A stretch of 64,000 nucleotides of DNA, the filler included, from Basidioascus undulatus (taxonomy: Eukaryota), in assembly GCA_000826855.1 (NCBI GenBank). It is 12 parts of 12 records of this genome, joined end to end, with 100 filler letters (N's around TTAATTAATTAA, not from the genome) between each part and the next. Parts side by side here need not be neighbours in the genome. Positions count along the whole stretch, not along the records: positions 1 to 5,332 come from JTLS01001962.1; positions 5,433 to 10,739 come from JTLS01001963.1; positions 10,840 to 16,141 come from JTLS01001964.1; 9 more parts are not named here. One strand, 5' to 3'. Positions within the stretch are counted from its first letter, which is position 1, and each line of letters opens with the position of its first letter. The position numbers and the translations under genes were made by a program. Positions 1 through 13,234 of the stretch are shown in pieces. The notes beneath the pieces were generated by a model that was not told the origin of the DNA, did not search any database, and saw only the letters and a list, made by a program, of their open reading frames with translations.

Positions 1-1200
1 GGAGGGCGAGAGTGCAACAGGGGAGGGCGGGAATGTGACAGGGGAGGTGACAAGGGTGACAGTTGTCAGGGGTTGGACTGGGTGGGGTATTCATGACAGA
101 TCTGAGGTATTACCATAATAATCAGGTTGTCCTGCCTAGCACTAGGAGTGGGATGGAATCAATGGAGGAGTGGTGGTTTAAATGTGTTCAACAGACAACT
201 TGATGGTCATGAAGATTGACAGCAGGTGAAAGCAGCCTTGCTCCTTTGACTCAAACTAGGACATGTCAAGCTCTTTAGCAGTCCTTCTGTACTGTTGCTG
301 ATTCCTGAATATTTGGGCAGGTCTTGAGAGGTTGTATGCCACCTCAATTCCAACTTTTGATGATTCACAAATGGCTGTATCATCTGTCAAGTGTCTGCAA
401 CTGCTTTGCAATGAGATAGTGGGACCTGCCAAATCATACTGCCAGAGGCTCTGGGGTAAGGTCTTCAACAGCGGACAAGTTTATTGTTAGGTTCCCATGC
501 ACACCAGGCATGTTGCCCATGGGAACATGTTTGGGCAGACATGAATGCAAAATTTCAGGTGGGCAAGTTGTGCCTGAAATGCATGCAACCCACAGATTGA
601 GGTGGGCACCCACATCAAACCAGCCTTTCTTAGGCCTCTCAGCACACCTTTGCCAGTTCCTCTTAAAGGTGAATGGCATGCAGAAGCCTGAAAGAGGATC
701 AGTTTGAAATTTTATCATTTTGAAAGACCTATGGCTTGCACCCCGCAGTGACTGGCTGGTACCAGTCCAAGCAAGTCAGGTTCGGGCAAAGACTGTGCTG
801 CACTGGTTGGTTGGGGCTATCAAACTGGGACTTGCCAACCCATGCAAACCTGGCTGGGTGGAATGTCTGGTGCTTGTTGAGAACCCTACTATGTGGTACA
901 TTGTGCTTCGAAGACCTTGCACAACATAGCTGCGAAACAGAGCTATGCCTGTATGATTCTATCATTTAATTGCTTGTTGTAGAGGATGGGAGGATAATCA
1001 CTGATGGCTTTGCTACTCTGCACCCAGAGTCAGGTTAGCCACCCAGAGTCAGATTAGAACCTGAGGCAGATGGGTGTGCACACAGTCGGGAGAATGGAGC
1101 TGGCAGGGCCTAAAGAACCGCCTCTCTTACCTAACCCCTACAAAAACAATAAGGGGACTTATGTTGCACCAGCATGAAGATGTGGGACATTGTGCCAATA
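1..1200. mobile_element. CpG-depleted degenerate sequence, probable transposon relic (family not identifiable)
   Basis: Roughly ten CpG in 1.2 kb at about 50% GC, with TG/CA excess and only broken ORFs. Neighbouring genes are CpG-rich. No transposase or RT motif recognised. Confidence 0.45.
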
Positions 1201-1203
1201 AAG

Positions 1204-1276
1204 TGGTTCTTCCGTGGATTGAACACGGTACCTTCAGGACTTCAATCTGACGCTCTCCCAGATGAGCTAAAGAACC
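1204..1276 (-). tRNA. tRNA-Phe(GAA), intronless, copy 1
   Basis: Reverse complement GGTTCTT TA GCTC ATCTGGGA GAGC G TCAGA TTGAAGT CCTGA AGGTA CCGTG TTCAATC CACGG AAGAACC A. Acceptor, D and T stems are perfect; the anticodon stem has an A31-C39 mismatch. Identical to 53754-53826. Confidence 0.92.
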
Positions 1277-1904
1277 ATTGATGGTGGAAAATATTCCAAT
1301 AAAAAGAGTCCTGGTAATCACTTGACAGGAAGCAAGAAGAGCCTGTGAAGCCCCCCCCACAGCAAAGCGTAGGCGGCAGGAATCAAGTGCATTGGAACAG
1401 CCTGTTCACTGCACAGCAGTCACGCCAATCATCCCCTTGGTATAGATCTACTTGAGAGTCAATGTGCTGTATTCAACATAAAACTTCGTAAAAAAAAAAT
1501 GGATTTCAGTTTGCCTTCGCGGACATATGGCTATCCTCTAGGCTGTGGTTACGGCAGAGCATCGTCCGCACAATTCCTTTGAGGTTTCCGGGGATAATGA
1601 ATGCAACATGCAGGCAAGTAACTAGCAGAAATTGATGAGTCCATTTGGTTACGTATCATATTGTTTCTTTGATCCTTCCAGGCGCTCAGGAGATCTCTCG
1701 CTTAACAGGCCCGACTGCAGTCATTCAAACTTGACCGCACAAAGTGACCGACCAATGATACCATGGTCCGCAAGCAAGAATTAAACAGCACAATCCATTT
1801 GGAACGACAATGCTAAGTGCTAGATATTGATCTGCGCTAAATAAAGAATGCTCCACCTGCGCCCAGTGTATACTATCCGACTTTCCGTCCAACGCCGCTC
1901 TGCC

Positions 1905-4246
1905 TCACTTCTCCATGAAAACAAGCTTGATCCCCTCCCCGTGTTCCGTCCCAACGTACACCTTCTCTTTCCCATTCCCCTCGGGCACCATGGCTGCCGA
2001 CCAGTCCTGCACGTCCCCGTGGCCGATGAGCGCGCCTGCTTCAGTCGCAGTCTGCACACACGATGCAAAACGCCCGCTGTGTCAGCTGTGGACGAGAGAC
2101 CGCCAGAGTGAGAAACACGCACGTAACTAAAGTCTGCTGCGCTGCGGACGGTGCTGGAGCAGCTGAACAGGCCGTTCGCGTCCACGCCGCAGACGCCTCG
2201 CCGGGTGCGGAGCTGCTTCAGGCCCTCCGAGGAGCCGGGGAGGAGGTGGAACGTCGCGCAGGTTTGCTGTTGATGGCGACATTAGAATTAGTGGTTTCAG
2301 GATGCGGAAATGTGTTCCCAAATATTCACTTTGCTCCACTCGCCGAACGAAAGCAGGCAGCCGTACGGTGACCCATCGTCGCGGAGCACCTCGATCTTGC
2401 CGGACGTGCCACTGCCAGGCTTAGAGGGCGGCGACTGCATTACTTCAAGAGATCAGCGGACAGATTGCAGTGGAAAGCAGTGATGCCTTTGACTGACGGG
2501 ATGGCCAGGCTTCGACGGACTGCCCCCACGTTCGTGCTTGGGCAGGTAGTAAACCGTCGCGCGGCACGAGCCCTTCGGCCCATCTGGCTCGGCACCGACG
2601 AACTTGCCGGATCTGGCAGAGTGAGAGGGGATAATAATTAGAGTCAGGATAAAGAGGAGGTTGGCAATATCTACGTACGCGATCGATCCTATTAGGTTGA
2701 AGTGGTACCTGCAACAAGAGAAACCCCACTATCAGACGCAAGGGCAACCCGAGCGTTGCTCATAATTACTGACCAGATCTCGTGCAGCTTGTCACCACCA
2801 CCTGTGTACAACGACGACCGTAAGTGACTGCTAAACATAGGACTCCTCGAGAGAAAGCCAGCGCACCGTCGCAGAGAATGGTAGGCTCGAAGCCCTGTCA
2901 CGCCGTGAGCCCAGGAGTGAGCGTACGGCCTCGAGCAGAAGCAGTCCACTCCACGCACCGTCGCCTTCTTCAGCGCCGCCTTGACATCAGCGAGTGCGTA
3001 GCTCGTCGTCCGACTGGGCACGATCCCCGCGTCCTTGAGGAAGTCGTATGACGGAAGGGTCTGTCGCGAGGTCCGGTGAGTCAGCGAATAACTCCAGAGG
3101 CGCTGTCTGATAGGCTGTGGGACCTTGTAAAGCTCTACGATGGTCTTGAAGTATTTGATAAGCTGAAAGGCAAGCGCTTTGTTAGCGGTTCGGGTTCACG
3201 GCGAGACATGTGAGGTAACTCACGTCTTCGCCTGGCGCCCAATCCGGATTGCACTCTGGCTTCAGAGTTGATAGACAAGTTCCGTGCTTCTGTGCGCGTC
3301 AGACTGTCAGCGTACGTCGCAGGGCCGGAAGAATTTCGAAGCGTTTACATTCCACTGTGTAGAGACGCAGTGTAAACCATACACGGTGTCAGCGCAGGGT
3401 CGGGCAGCGTCGTACCTCGTGCTCCCACTACGATGGCACATGCACATCCATTCACATTAGCTATAATGCTCAAGGAACTGCGCAGCATCCAGCAGACTCA
3501 CAAACAGCTCATTGTGTCCCCTGTTGTCTAACCAGTTCGCATTGATGAAGTCGAACAGTTCGCGCTCCCCCGAAGTAAGCAGAACCTGTCCAAGTAAACA
3601 AAAGCACGTATAAAATACAAGGCAAATGGTCAGAGAATGTACCGCAGAGAAAGCTCGAACGGACGACCACGCACTGTAGTGATGTTGTGCAGATTCCTCA
3701 TCGAGTCGCAGAAGGTATCGAACGACCCGTCTGCGCCCATTATCCCCTCGTAAACGACTGCCCATATCCATTCACCACCTTGCGATACGATACACGCACC
3801 ACAATGATCCGGCCACAGCCCTGTCTCCCCGCCCCGCCCCGCCCCGCAGCGTTCAGCCGTCGCCCTTCCCCGTCTCAACCATCTCGCCCCCTCCAGAGCG
3901 CGAACAGCGAACGCACCATGCAGCGTCCAGCTCTCCTCCCTCCCTTCATACGGCGAGTAATGCCAGTCCCAGAACTGCCTAAACGACCCACCCCACACCC
4001 AGCTCTCAGTCCCATTGCACCTAGCTGAGCGAGAGATCGACAACACACGTACGTAAGGAGGAGCTGCCCTCCGGGATGCTCAGTGCAGCACGTGTCGGCA
4101 TTCGCTGCGTCCTTGCTGCACGATACGGGCCCGTCGAGGGGGCATTGCTGCTGCGTCCCAACCCCAGTGCCGGCGAGACTGAGGGGATGCTGCTGCGTGA
4201 CTGCGTGCGAGAGCAGCGGGAGGGCGGAGAGCGCTGGGATGCGCAT
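1905..4246 (-). CDS. RNY1: Secreted ribonuclease T2 with fungal Rny1-type C-terminal extension (multi-exon)
   Basis: Signal peptide MRIPALSALPLL; DTCCTEHPGGQLLLTQFWD; CAS I WTLHGLWPD; CAS II WEHE-WN-KHGTC; VYYLPK; C-terminal domain GCLLSFGEW..TCATF..RGVCGVDANGLFSC; TGA at 1905-1907. Confidence 0.88.
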
Positions 4247-4772
4247 GGGGAGGGAGGGGTATAGTGGGTTGGGTATCGGGGAGATGGGGTGGGGGGAAGA
4301 ACTGTGTATGCGTGAGGAGAGGAGAAATGAGATGGGATGGGATGATAGGGGTGAATGTGGAAGCAATGGGCGATGACAAGCCCAGACGCGTTTGGGTGGC
4401 TGACCACGTGCGGTTGTCAGTGGACCGGGACTCACTCACTGATAAGGGCGATAAGACTGGGCCCCTGTCCTTCAACGCACTGAACGCATCAAGGTCGCAC
4501 ACAGCGAATATTACGTTTTATGCTGATTTCAAGGCGTTCATTGGGTTTGCTTGGTTACGAAACGGCTATGCTATGCTAACTACGTGGAGATCAACCGACC
4601 GGGACCCTCCAGAATGCGCCCATCTACCAAGACGGGATGCACGAGACTTGCTACGAGAAGAGGACGATGCGGACCATAAAGCAAGAAGATCATAAGGAGA
4701 AGCGCGAATGTTGGGCAATGGGCATGAGGCGAGCGAATTGGAGGGACAGGGACGGCGAAAGGGAAGCGCAGG

Positions 4773-5332
4773 TCACCGACGCGCAGGCCGCTTGGGGGGC
4801 GGCTCCTCGCGGTCCATGGGCTCGTCGATGGTCATGCGCAAGGAAGCGGTACGCGAGCGGCGCACGCCCGGACGCGAGCCGGGACCTCGCGAGGCGTGGG
4901 TGGGCGTGCTGTGCAGGCTAGCTGCGGCGGAGGGGGAGTCTTCGGAGGAGGTCAGGGAGGAGCGGGCGGGGGCGTTGGGGTCGGTGGTGAGCGGGGAGGG
5001 AACGAGGGTTGCCGCATGCGAGCGCTTGCGCGCGTTGAGCGAGCCGGGAGTGGTGTGGAACGTGAGATGATGGGGCCCGGCATCGTCCATCCCGCCCCCT
5101 GCACCGCCGCCGCCGCCGCTCGAGATCGCCGCTACGGGCATGGGAGGAGCAACGAACGTGAAGGCGTTCTCGGGGTTCGCGTCCGCGACGGCGGGGGGGA
5201 CGAATGCCGTCTTCGCGGCGGTGACGAGAGGGACGGCGGGCTCCTTGCCCTTGGTCGCGGTCGGGACGCGGCGGCGCCCGAACGCGGCGGGGGAGGGTGC
5301 GTGGGACGCGGCGGCGATGGAGGGCGGGGAAG
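4773..5332 (-). CDS. 3' end of an unidentified Pro/Ser/Ala-rich protein (5' part lost at contig end)
   Basis: Frame with coding-like GC3 open from the contig edge to the stop at 4773 (...MTIDEPMDREEPPPKRPARR*). Confidence 0.5.
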
Positions 5333-5432
5333 NNNNNNNNNNNNNNNNNNNNNNNNNNNNNNNNNNNNNNNNNNNNTTAATTAATTAANNNNNNNNNNNN
5401 NNNNNNNNNNNNNNNNNNNNNNNNNNNNNNNN

Positions 5433-8400
5433 GAGGCGTCCTGCTGCACCGGCTCGTTCTCGTTCATCTGAACCTTGACGCCGCTCCTGGGGGAGAACTC
5501 GGGCACGAGCACGCTCTCGGCAACCTTCCGGATGTGCGCGAGGTCCGCAGAGTCGCCCTTGAGGCCGTAGTTGAACGCGCGCAGATTCGCAGCGGCGACG
5601 ATGTAGTCGAGGTGGTTAGGCTGCGGGATGATAACGCAAATCAGCCAGACGGCCTAAATGACCACATGGAAGGATGGAAAGAACAACTCACCTCGTTGGC
5701 GTTGAAGGCGAGAGGGTCCGGAGCGCGCTTCGGGCCGGACCAGAACATCTGGCCAGTCGAGGTTTTCTGGCATTCCGAAACGCTTCGTCAGCCTTACCTC
5801 TTCAACCATCTCTCCGCATTGCGACGCACCGAGTCCTTGGGCAAAGAGTGCAGCAGCTGCTGGATGGAGTGGTTGTAGTTCTCTTCGAACTTGAGGCGCG
5901 CCCAGACGATGCACTCGTCGAACGTGAGCGGGCGGCCGACGAGCGCCTCGCGGATCTCCTCGAGCTGCGGGCGCTGCTGGCCCGCGTGCTTGAGCGTAGT
6001 CTCGACGTAGTTGGGCTGGGAGAGGTAGAGGTTGACGTTCGTCGCCGGCTTGACGAAGAGCCCGTCGAAGTTCTCGCGCGACCACTGTCCGTCATGTCGT
6101 CGATATGTTAAATTCTGACAGCCGTGGCGAACAGGGCATAGCGCAGCGCTGCCTACCTGGATGGTGTGCTCGATCTGGTTCGGGAAATTCTTGACCGTGC
6201 ACGAGGGGATCTCCTTCTCGGGCGGGTCTTGCGAGGAAGAGTACGACTCGGTGAGGGGGGGAATGACGACCTAAGCCCGCAGAGCATGTCACGCAGAGCA
6301 TGTCAGCTTTCTGCTTCCTCCGCCGTTCCGAGAAAGACATCAGCCGCACCTGAGTGTTGGCCTTAGTACCGAGCGTGCCGGACTCGAGGAGCGGCTTCTT
6401 GTAGAAGACGCAGCGGCGGTCCATATATTGACCTGCACGGCAACGCATCAGCATCCTTCCCCTCAGGTATCCAAGTAGCGATCATCGCGAAGGAAACGTA
6501 CGAGCAACGACGTTGTCCAGCGCGTTGGTCACGCCATCCAGCTTCGCGAAGAACTCGTCGCCGTAGATCTCTGCCGGTGGTGACAGTTCGTCAGCGCCGT
6601 TGCCGCGCTCCACACAAAGCCGTGTACAACGCAAGCTGGCTAAACTCACCCTCGGTGTCCGGGCCCACACGGTCTTGGTGGCTCGCGATCTTGCCCTTGA
6701 GGTCGGTGTTCATGTCCGCAACGGCAGCCGCGGCGACCTCCGCCTTGAACTTGCCGAGGTCCTTAGCGCGGAACAAGAACTGGCGGTTCAAGTTGCTCTT
6801 CTCGATCGTGTCCAAGTCCGTGACGTGGATCCGTCCCTTCTCGCCGGATGCAAGGCCCATCATGCTCCAGTTCTTGAGCATCTCGCACCCGATCGCGCCG
6901 GAGCCGACGAGGAACTGGCTGGCGTTCGCGAGGCGATCCTGGAACGCCTTGCCGAACACGGCGACCTGCGCATCGTAGCGCGAGCCGGTGGGCTGGACGT
7001 CCGCCTCGGAGGGGGCGGGGGAGGGGAGGGACTCGAGCGAGTCGAAGTAGAGGTGCTGGAAGAGCGGGTGGAACTTGCCGGAGACGGCCTTGAGGACCTC
7101 CTGCGCCGTGAAGCCGCCGATGACGGCCACCATGGGCGAGATGTCGCCCGACGCCTGGAACGACAGCTCGTTCACAATCTTCTCGTCCAGCTCCTCGCCC
7201 TCCGGCGCGAGCGGCTTCGCGAGCGCGAACACCTCTGCGGCGTCCTCGGCGTTGCGCGGGCGCGGCAGACGCCCGTGCTTCTCCCGGAAGGCTGAGAGCG
7301 CCTGGAAGCCAGCATGCAGCGAGGAGAGGCGGTCAAACTTGGCAAAATCGGAGATGAGGTGCTCGGGGGCTTTGAGCGACTCGCGGAGAGATTTCTGAAT
7401 TTCGCCCGAAAGCGTCAGTGGGCAACCAGGACGAAAGACAGCAAGTATGAATGCTACGCACAAAATCAAGGACCTTGGGCTTCTTGACCTGCGTGAAGAT
7501 GCCGCCCGAGATGTATTCGCCGAAGCCGGAGGTGTCACCGATCGCGAACGTGTACGGGCCCTTGACCGAGACCTTGCGCTCGATGCCGTTGAGCTCCTCC
7601 ATGCCCTTGACCTCGGTGAACGTCACGTAGTCGCCGTCTTCGAGTCCATGCCGCGTCTCGTCGAGCGAGGTGACGAGGCCCTCCGAGTCCTGCGCGCAAT
7701 CATGCCAGTGGTTCAATAATGCTTCCGAGCCGAAGCGGAAGGCAAGCATGCAAACTCACCTTGTTCACAGCCGCAATCATGCCCGTGATCGGTGCTTCGC
7801 CCGTCGGGTCTACGACCGTGAACTGCGGCCCGAAGTCGGTGAAGACCGAGCTGCACCCGCCTCGCCTGTGAGCTTCGCCGATCTCCCGACCGCCAGGACA
7901 TGAACGCACGCACCCGAAGAGACCCCGCACGTCCGCTGCGATGAAGTGGATGCCGTTCTGGCGGGCATAGTCGTTGACCTCCAGCTGCTTCGAGAGCGTC
8001 GCCTCCGTCAAGACAACCACCTGTCCCCCCGAACCAGATCAATTCCTGCCTTCCCCCATCCTCCTTGCGCATGGTCCTCCCAGCACTGCACCCACCTGGT
8101 ACGGCTTGATCAGCTCCTTATCCCAGCCCTCCTGGCCGCCTTGCTTCGCCTTCGCCTGCAGGAGCTTGATCGGCACATATTGGTTGAGCTCTGCGAGACG
8201 CGGCAGAGTAGCGGCGTCGCGGGGGCGCCCGACATCCTCGGGGCGGAGGAAGAACTGCGTCGAGAGATCACGGACGGCTACGGGCTCGGGGTCATAGAGC
8301 GTCACGGACTTGACACCGGCGAGGACGACGTTCTTGGCTGTGGCGGCCGGAAGACGCGTGAGCGGAAAGGACCAAAGACAGAGATTAGGAGAGCTGCGCA

Positions 8401-8782
8401 CCGATTTCAACACCCAGACCCTTCAGACCGATGATGAGCACGTCCGAAGCGGCCATGCGCTTCATCGCATCGTGGCCAAGGACGTAGCTGCACCACAGCC
8501 CCTCGCCGTTAGTACCCTTTCCGCCTCGCCCAGCGTTCCAGTAGTCCAAACGTACAGTTGACGCTGCAAAAAGCCTTGCGTAAGCAACGATTTACACCTG
8601 AGCCGTTCAGAGAAGAACTCACCGAGTACAGCCCCTCATCGCTGTAGATCCAAGCACGTCCACCGTCAGTGGCCACGCCTACCAGGAAGCAAGCGAAGAA
8701 GGACGCACATCGTAGGGTCGACCTTGTCAATGTCCATCGCCTGGTTCGGGTCCTGCGCTGCGGTCTGCGCGTTCTGGGCCAT
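5433..8782 (-). CDS. UBA1: Ubiquitin-activating enzyme E1 (3'-truncated, multi-exon)
   Basis: [89 protein letters not shown]. Confidence 0.97.
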
Positions 8783-9318
8783 GGCGGAGGGAGATGAAAG
8801 GGTGGGCGGAAGTGGTCGTTCCTGGAGCCAGGGGAACAGATCAGTATCGCAGCCTGGATATAGCGTTCTCGCTATGCCTTTGCGCTTGAATTATGTGTAT
8901 CCTCCTAAGGGACTATACAATCCTGAGCCACAAAACTGCAGCTGTGACCAGCGCTCGAGGATCGCCACAGGACCTCGGAAGTGTCCCTCTCCGCTCCACA
9001 TGCACACTGCCCACCTCCGCTCCCGCTTGAGCTCTTCCTCGAGCCAGAATACTCACTTTTATTTCGTAATTTATTCGGTGTGCGCTCGACCTGCGAAGCC
9101 TTAAAATGCGTAGGTCGAGTGGGTTCAAAGAGAAGGTGGTGGATCTGTCGAACGCGACCAGGCGAACATGACGACTCGGGCGCTGACCGCCGTCGCTAAC
9201 CCTAGCCCCTAGGAAACGCGTCCCCAGCGCGTGGAAGACGTCCTTGCGGGCCTCCTGCCTTCTTACCACACACCACCCACCGACCAGCTTACTTTTCATC
9301 GCGAACACTCACTGACAA

Positions 9319-10739
9319 ATGTCCACTTCGGCGAGGATACTCACCCGCGCGACCACGCTGTCGAGGACACGTCTTCGTGCCACTCCCGCCCCGCCCGTGG
9401 CGGCCATTCGATCTTTTGCATCTTCCGCACCCGCGTTCGCTCCCAAGGACACTTACAAGTCAGTCTCGCATCGAACTTTTACTCGGATTTGGACCGGTAA
9501 GATGATCCGCTGACAGGGCGTCTTCCGGTCTCGTTGGTACAGCCTCGATCTCGGCACCGTGCGTGTTCTCGCTTTCTCTCCACCTTCAACATTCTACCAA
9601 GGGCGTGGTAACCTGGCGCTGTTTCCCGCTCACTCTCATGTTCACCTCCGTAACCAGACCCGGAAGAGGCTGCCCATAAACACCGGCATCGTCTTTGTGC
9701 CCCAGGCAGAGGTCCGCCTTCCCCTTCCCTGAATCAACCCCCCACCCATCTCTGACGCTTTTGAAAGGCATTCATTGTCGAGCGTATGGGAAAATTCCAC
9801 AGCGTCCTTGAGCCAGGCCTCAACTTCCTCATCCCCGGCCTCGACCGGATCGCCTACGTCAAAAGCCTTAAAGAGCAGCCTCGTCCGTCCCGGCTCGCTT
9901 CTGCTCTCTCTGCGTCGCTCGTCCGACTAATGGGGTGTCGCGGAACACAGACGACATCTCCGGCCAGACATGCATCACCTCTGACAACGTCTCGCTCCGC
10001 CTCGACGCAGTCCTCTACACCGTCCGTCACTTTCACCCTCTCTTCCCGATGCCCTTCCTGAACGTGCCACCACCCACGCAACAGCGCATAGTCGACCCCT
10101 ACAAAGCCTCCTACGGCGTCGAGCGCGTCTCGCAAGCCGTCGCGCAGCTCGCGCAGACGACCATGCGGTCCGAGATTGGTGCGCCTTGCCCTCCCTCTCC
10201 GGCCGCCCCACGCGTGTGCACAAGCTGAAACTGAAGGTGTGGCAATGCGTTCGCAGGCAAGCTGACGCTCGACAGGACTCTTTCTGAGCGTGCTTTCCTC
10301 AACACCGCTATCGTCTGTCATCCTCCGCTTTTCCTTCTTCGTGAAGGCGAACTCTCTTGACCCGATGTCGAATGCCAGACGGAGGCGATCAACACTGCAT
10401 CTTCCGACTGGGGCATTGTCGTACGTGCCCACCCTCTTCTCTTTGAGCTTTTGGTCATCCCATCGCAGCTCACACGTCCTCCTTTAGGTTCTTCGCTGCG
10501 AGATTCGGGACATCACCCCGCCCACCTCCGTAGTCGAAGCGATGCACCAGCAGGTACCTTTCCTCCTTCCTCCTCATCCATCCGCAGCTCCCCAAGCCTC
10601 ACTGTTGTCCTCCTCTCCAGGTCTCAGCCGAGCGTTCCAAGCGCGCGCAGATCCTTCAAGCCGAAGGCATGTCCTAACCGTCTCCTCAGCTCCTCCCTAT
10701 CACCACCCATCCAGCAATCAGCACCACAGAGCCCTCCTT
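9319..10739 (+). CDS. Mitochondrial stomatin-like (SPFH/band 7, SLP2-type) protein (3'-truncated, multi-exon)
   Basis: Arg/Ser-rich presequence; LPINTGIVFVPQ, IVERMGKFHSVLEPGLNFLIP, IVDPYKASYGVE..QLAQTTMRSEIGKLTLD, RCEIRDITPP, VSAERSKRAQIL. Confidence 0.92.
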
Positions 10740-10934
10740 NNNNNNNNNNNNNNNNNNNNNNNNNNNNNNNNNNNNNNNNNNNNTTAATTAATTAANNNNN
10801 NNNNNNNNNNNNNNNNNNNNNNNNNNNNNNNNNNNNNNNTCGCCCTGCACAACCTCCCGCGCATCTCCGAAGTGTCTCTGTCGCGCTTCTCCACCCCATC
10901 CCCCTCCCTTCTCCTATCTCACCTCCCTCCCCAG

Positions 10935-11716
10935 ATCGACCCGAACCGCACCATCTCCGCCGGGAAAGTGGACATCGGCGCGTTTCGGACGTATCCTGCA
11001 GACTACAAGCCGCCGGCCGACGGCCCAGGCGGCGCGGGGCAGTACCAGAGCATCCCGCTCGCGAAGATCGAGGACTTTGGCGTGCATGCCAACCAGTACT
11101 ACCCACTCGAGGTGTCCGTGTTCAAGAGCAGCTTGGACACCAAGGTCCTTGGGCTGCTGTGGAACAAGTACTGGATTAATACGCTGAGCCAGAGCCCGCT
11201 GGTTTCGGTGCGTCGTGCCCTCCATCACAACCCCCGTCCCTCTCCTGCATTCTTCCCCGCTACTGCATTATGTCCAGGTTGAATAGACTGACGCAAGTTG
11301 AGCTGGGTACAGAACCGCGCGTACCAGACCGAGCAAGTCCAGGACCTCGCGGCGAAGCTCCTGCAGGCCGAGCAGTCTGTCCAGAGCAGGCACGTCCCGC
11401 CCGTGGGCGCGCCGTCCGATGCGGACGCGAGCGGCAGCGGGAAGGGCAAGGGGAAGGCAGGTGCGGGTGCAAAGGCGGCGGAGGAGACGCCGCTGGGGAA
11501 GGCGGTCAGGGACAGGTGCTGCGTCTTCTCTCGGTCCAGGGGGAGAGGGGAGGAGAAGGATGCTGATAGAGTGATCGGAAGGACAGCACCAAGATCTCGG
11601 TCGAGGGCCAGTTCGGGCTCATCAGCCAGGTGTGCAAGGACTTGCTCTTCAACCGCCCGCGCTGCACGTGCGCGCATCAGAAGCAGCACGTCGCCGCCGC
11701 GGCTGCACCATCGTGA
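10935..11716 (+). CDS. RRI1: COP9 signalosome subunit 5 (CSN5/Jab1), 3' part
   Basis: [78 protein letters not shown] at 11714-11716. Confidence 0.95.
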
Positions 11717-11990
11717 TCCGCATCAGATCCGCCGCTCGTCCTGTCACGCGTCGCATTTCGTTTTTCGCTTGTACACTCGCACTGCATGATCATGACATGA
11801 TGAAAAGACTTTGTACACTAAATTTGTTTTTTGACTTTTTGAACGCAAGTGTTTGAGGAATGTTTGAAGAAGAAAGCAGAGCGTTATTTGGCGATGTCCT
11901 GTTGAAACCTAACTTGAGGGATGGGGAAGGGAGAGTTGGAAGGGAGAAGGCGGCCTTCCTCAGACGACCCTCCCCATCAATCCATCCACG

Positions 11991-13234
11991 ATGCTTTCCT
12001 CCCTCCGCTTCCCAGCGCTTCGAGCACGTTCCGCGTTCCCGCACGCCGCGCCCTCTCCCTCCACGCTCCCCACGCTCCTCTCCTCCCTCCGCCTCACCCC
12101 CACCCCCTCCCCCTCGCCCTGGGGCCAGCCCGTCCGCGCGCGCCGGCGCCTCCTCACGCCCACGACGCTCATCCTCGGTTTCATCCCCATCTTCACCTTC
12201 TCCCTCGGCGTATGGCAGATCAAGCGCCTCAAGTGGAAGGTTGCGCTCATTGATGAGCTCAATGACAAACTCGAGAGGGAGCCCATGAGTCTGCCACCTA
12301 ATGTCGAGTGCGTGTTCCCCTCTCCCACCTTTTCCCCGCTTTATCCCGAAATATGCCCTTCTTCTTCCCACCCCGAGGGCTGACTGAATGTACTTTGCCC
12401 ATGGAGCAGCACCTCCGCCCTCCCCGAGTTCCAATACCGCCGCGTCCTCCTGCACGGTCGGTTCCTCCCACAACGGTTCCTCGTCGTCCCGCGCGTGCGC
12501 GAAAACGTGCACGGAGCCTATCTCGTGCAGGCGCTCGCGCGCCCAGGGGGGGCGACAGTGCTCGTCAACCGTGGGTTCGTCTCCTCCGAGCACTACGACA
12601 CCTTCCACACGCCCGAGGGAGACACAGAGGTCCTGGGCATGCTTCGCGTCGCGCAGACGAGGAACATGTTCACCCCGGAGAATAAGCCCGAGAAGGGAGA
12701 GTGGTTCTGGGTCGATCCGGAGGGGATGGCCGCTGCTGCGGGTGGGAGCGAGAGGGGAGTGCAAGCGGTGCTGGTTGATGAGATCTTTGGTGAGTTGAGA
12801 GGGACGGAGGGGTGAGGGAGAAGGGGAGAAGGGGCTGATGAGTGCGTTGTGATGCGGGGAGACGGGAATGCCGGAGAGGCGGACTACAGAGTCAAGAATG
12901 GCGTCCCTGTGGGCCGACCCCCCAAAATCGAATTGCGGAACCAGCATGCCGTGTATGCGGCAACGTGGTACGTCTTTCCTTTCGATCCCCCCATCATACA
13001 GTGTTCCTCTTCCATCTGTCCTTTCCCTGTCCCAACCCTTTCTCTTTCCTGTTCTTTCTCTGTCCCAATCCTTCCTCTTTGCTGTCCTTGCCCTCTCCAC
13101 TCCCTGTCTTCCATCTCCCGACCTGCTTCCCTCCCCTCCCGCACAGGTTCTCCCTCTCCGCCGCAACAACGGGCCTCTTCTTCCTGCTCCTCCGGCGCAC
13201 GCCCCACGCACGCCGACCGCTCATGGCCAAGTAG
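11991..13234 (+). CDS. SHY1: SURF1-family cytochrome c oxidase assembly factor (multi-exon)
   Basis: IPIFTFSLGVWQIKRLKWK, EFQYRRV, VLVNRGFV, NKPEKGEWFWVD, IELRNQHAVYAATW-FSLSAAT. Confidence 0.93.

Noticed and set aside
1204..1276. tRNA-Phe as an organellar or bacterial insert
   Set aside because: No encoded CCA, eukaryote-like D arm, and two copies on contigs carrying intron-containing fungal genes.
5333..5432. Regularly spaced 100-nt N44-TTAATTAATTAA-N44 blocks (also at 10740, 16142, 21543, 26940, 32326, 37711, 43092, 48462, 53829, 59190)
   Set aside because: Artificial six-frame-stop linkers between length-sorted contigs (5307 down to 5261 nt). Not a repeat array or CRISPR, and gene neighbourhoods across them are not real.
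11790..13211. 473-aa minus-strand ORF
   Set aside because: Antisense shadow of the GC-rich SHY1 gene; no domain content.
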